This document shows positions 63,440 to 64,000 of a stretch of DNA of 64,000 nt, piece by piece. The DNA is taken from positions 92,504,001 through 92,568,000 of the forward strand of contig NC_058380.1 in the NCBI RefSeq assembly GCF_018350175.1, in the 5' to 3' direction. The position numbers were made by a program, and so were the translations under genes. The notes beneath the pieces are model-generated. The model saw only the letters and a list, made by a program, of their open reading frames with translations, searched no databases and was not told where the DNA came from. This DNA is from Felis catus (lineage: Eukaryota). The stretch's first letter is position 1. Each line of letters starts with the position of its first letter.

Positions 63440-63805
63440 GACCCACAGAACCCTCGAGGGGGACCTTATGTGGCAACCGTCTCTGCACGTGCCATCAGTG
63501 TAAGGATGGCAACGTGAGCTCATCCCGGATTTAGACCAGCGCCCCACAGGAGGAGAGACGCAGACACGGAGGAGCACCGTGTGAGGACGGAGGCAGAGGC
63601 TGGAGGGACGCGGCCACAAGCCGAAAGACTCCTGGGCCACCAGGAGCCGGAAGAGGCAGGAAGGACCCTCCCCGGGAGCCTCCGGAGGGAGCTCGGCCCC
63701 GTGACACCTTCATTTCCGACGCGTGGCTTCCAGAACTCCACTTGTGTTGTTTTAAGGCTTCGGGCTTGTGGCCATTTCTTACGGCCACTCCAGGACGCCG
63801 CTACA
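63440..63805 (+). mobile_element. MLT1-type MaLR solo LTR in INPP5E intron 1
   Basis: GAGGCAGAGGCTGGAGGGACGCGGCCACAAGCC..CCACCAGGAGCCGGAAGAGGCAGGAAGGA..CTTCCAGAACT..TGTTGTTTTAAG..TTGTGG matches the MLT1 consensus as I recall it. Confidence 0.75.
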
Positions 63806-64000
63806 GTGACCCTCCCAACTGCCCCTCCCCCCGGCCCTTGTGCAGCAGGACTGGCCCTGATGGGAGGGAAGGCGTCTGGCGAGGGAAGTAGGGCCAGAGC
63901 CGCACCGGGGGCCTTGGGCGCCACGGTGGGGAGTGGGTGGCGCGGGGGCCATGGCCCCGCGTGTGCCTCGAACAACCTGCCGGGCCCTGGTAGGGGGCAG

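Overview
This is GC-rich mammalian genomic DNA from a carnivore, most likely a felid judging by its CAN-SINEs. It is syntenic with human 9q34.3: GPSM1 3' UTR end (+), DNLZ (-), CARD9 (-), SNAPC4 (-), ENTR1/SDCCAG3 (-), PMPCA (+) and INPP5E exons 2-10 (-). I reconstructed the spliced CDSs by hand from GT-AG boundaries and frame continuity. All are intact: DNLZ 169 aa, CARD9 536 aa, SNAPC4 1453 aa, ENTR1 433 aa and PMPCA 527 aa; INPP5E is partial. Gene and repeat identities rest on recalled sequences, not database searches. Nearly all entries in the six-frame ORF track are GC-content artefacts. I see no convincing novel multi-gene system. The most interesting unexplained structures are: a VNTR that copies the CARD9 exon 5 splice donor; a long interrupted palindrome in a SNAPC4 intron; inverted SINEs flanking a phase-symmetric PMPCA exon 7-11 block; a CARD9 polyA / CTCF-like / DNLZ promoter junction with an overlapping uORF; and CpG-gaining ancient L1 fragments.
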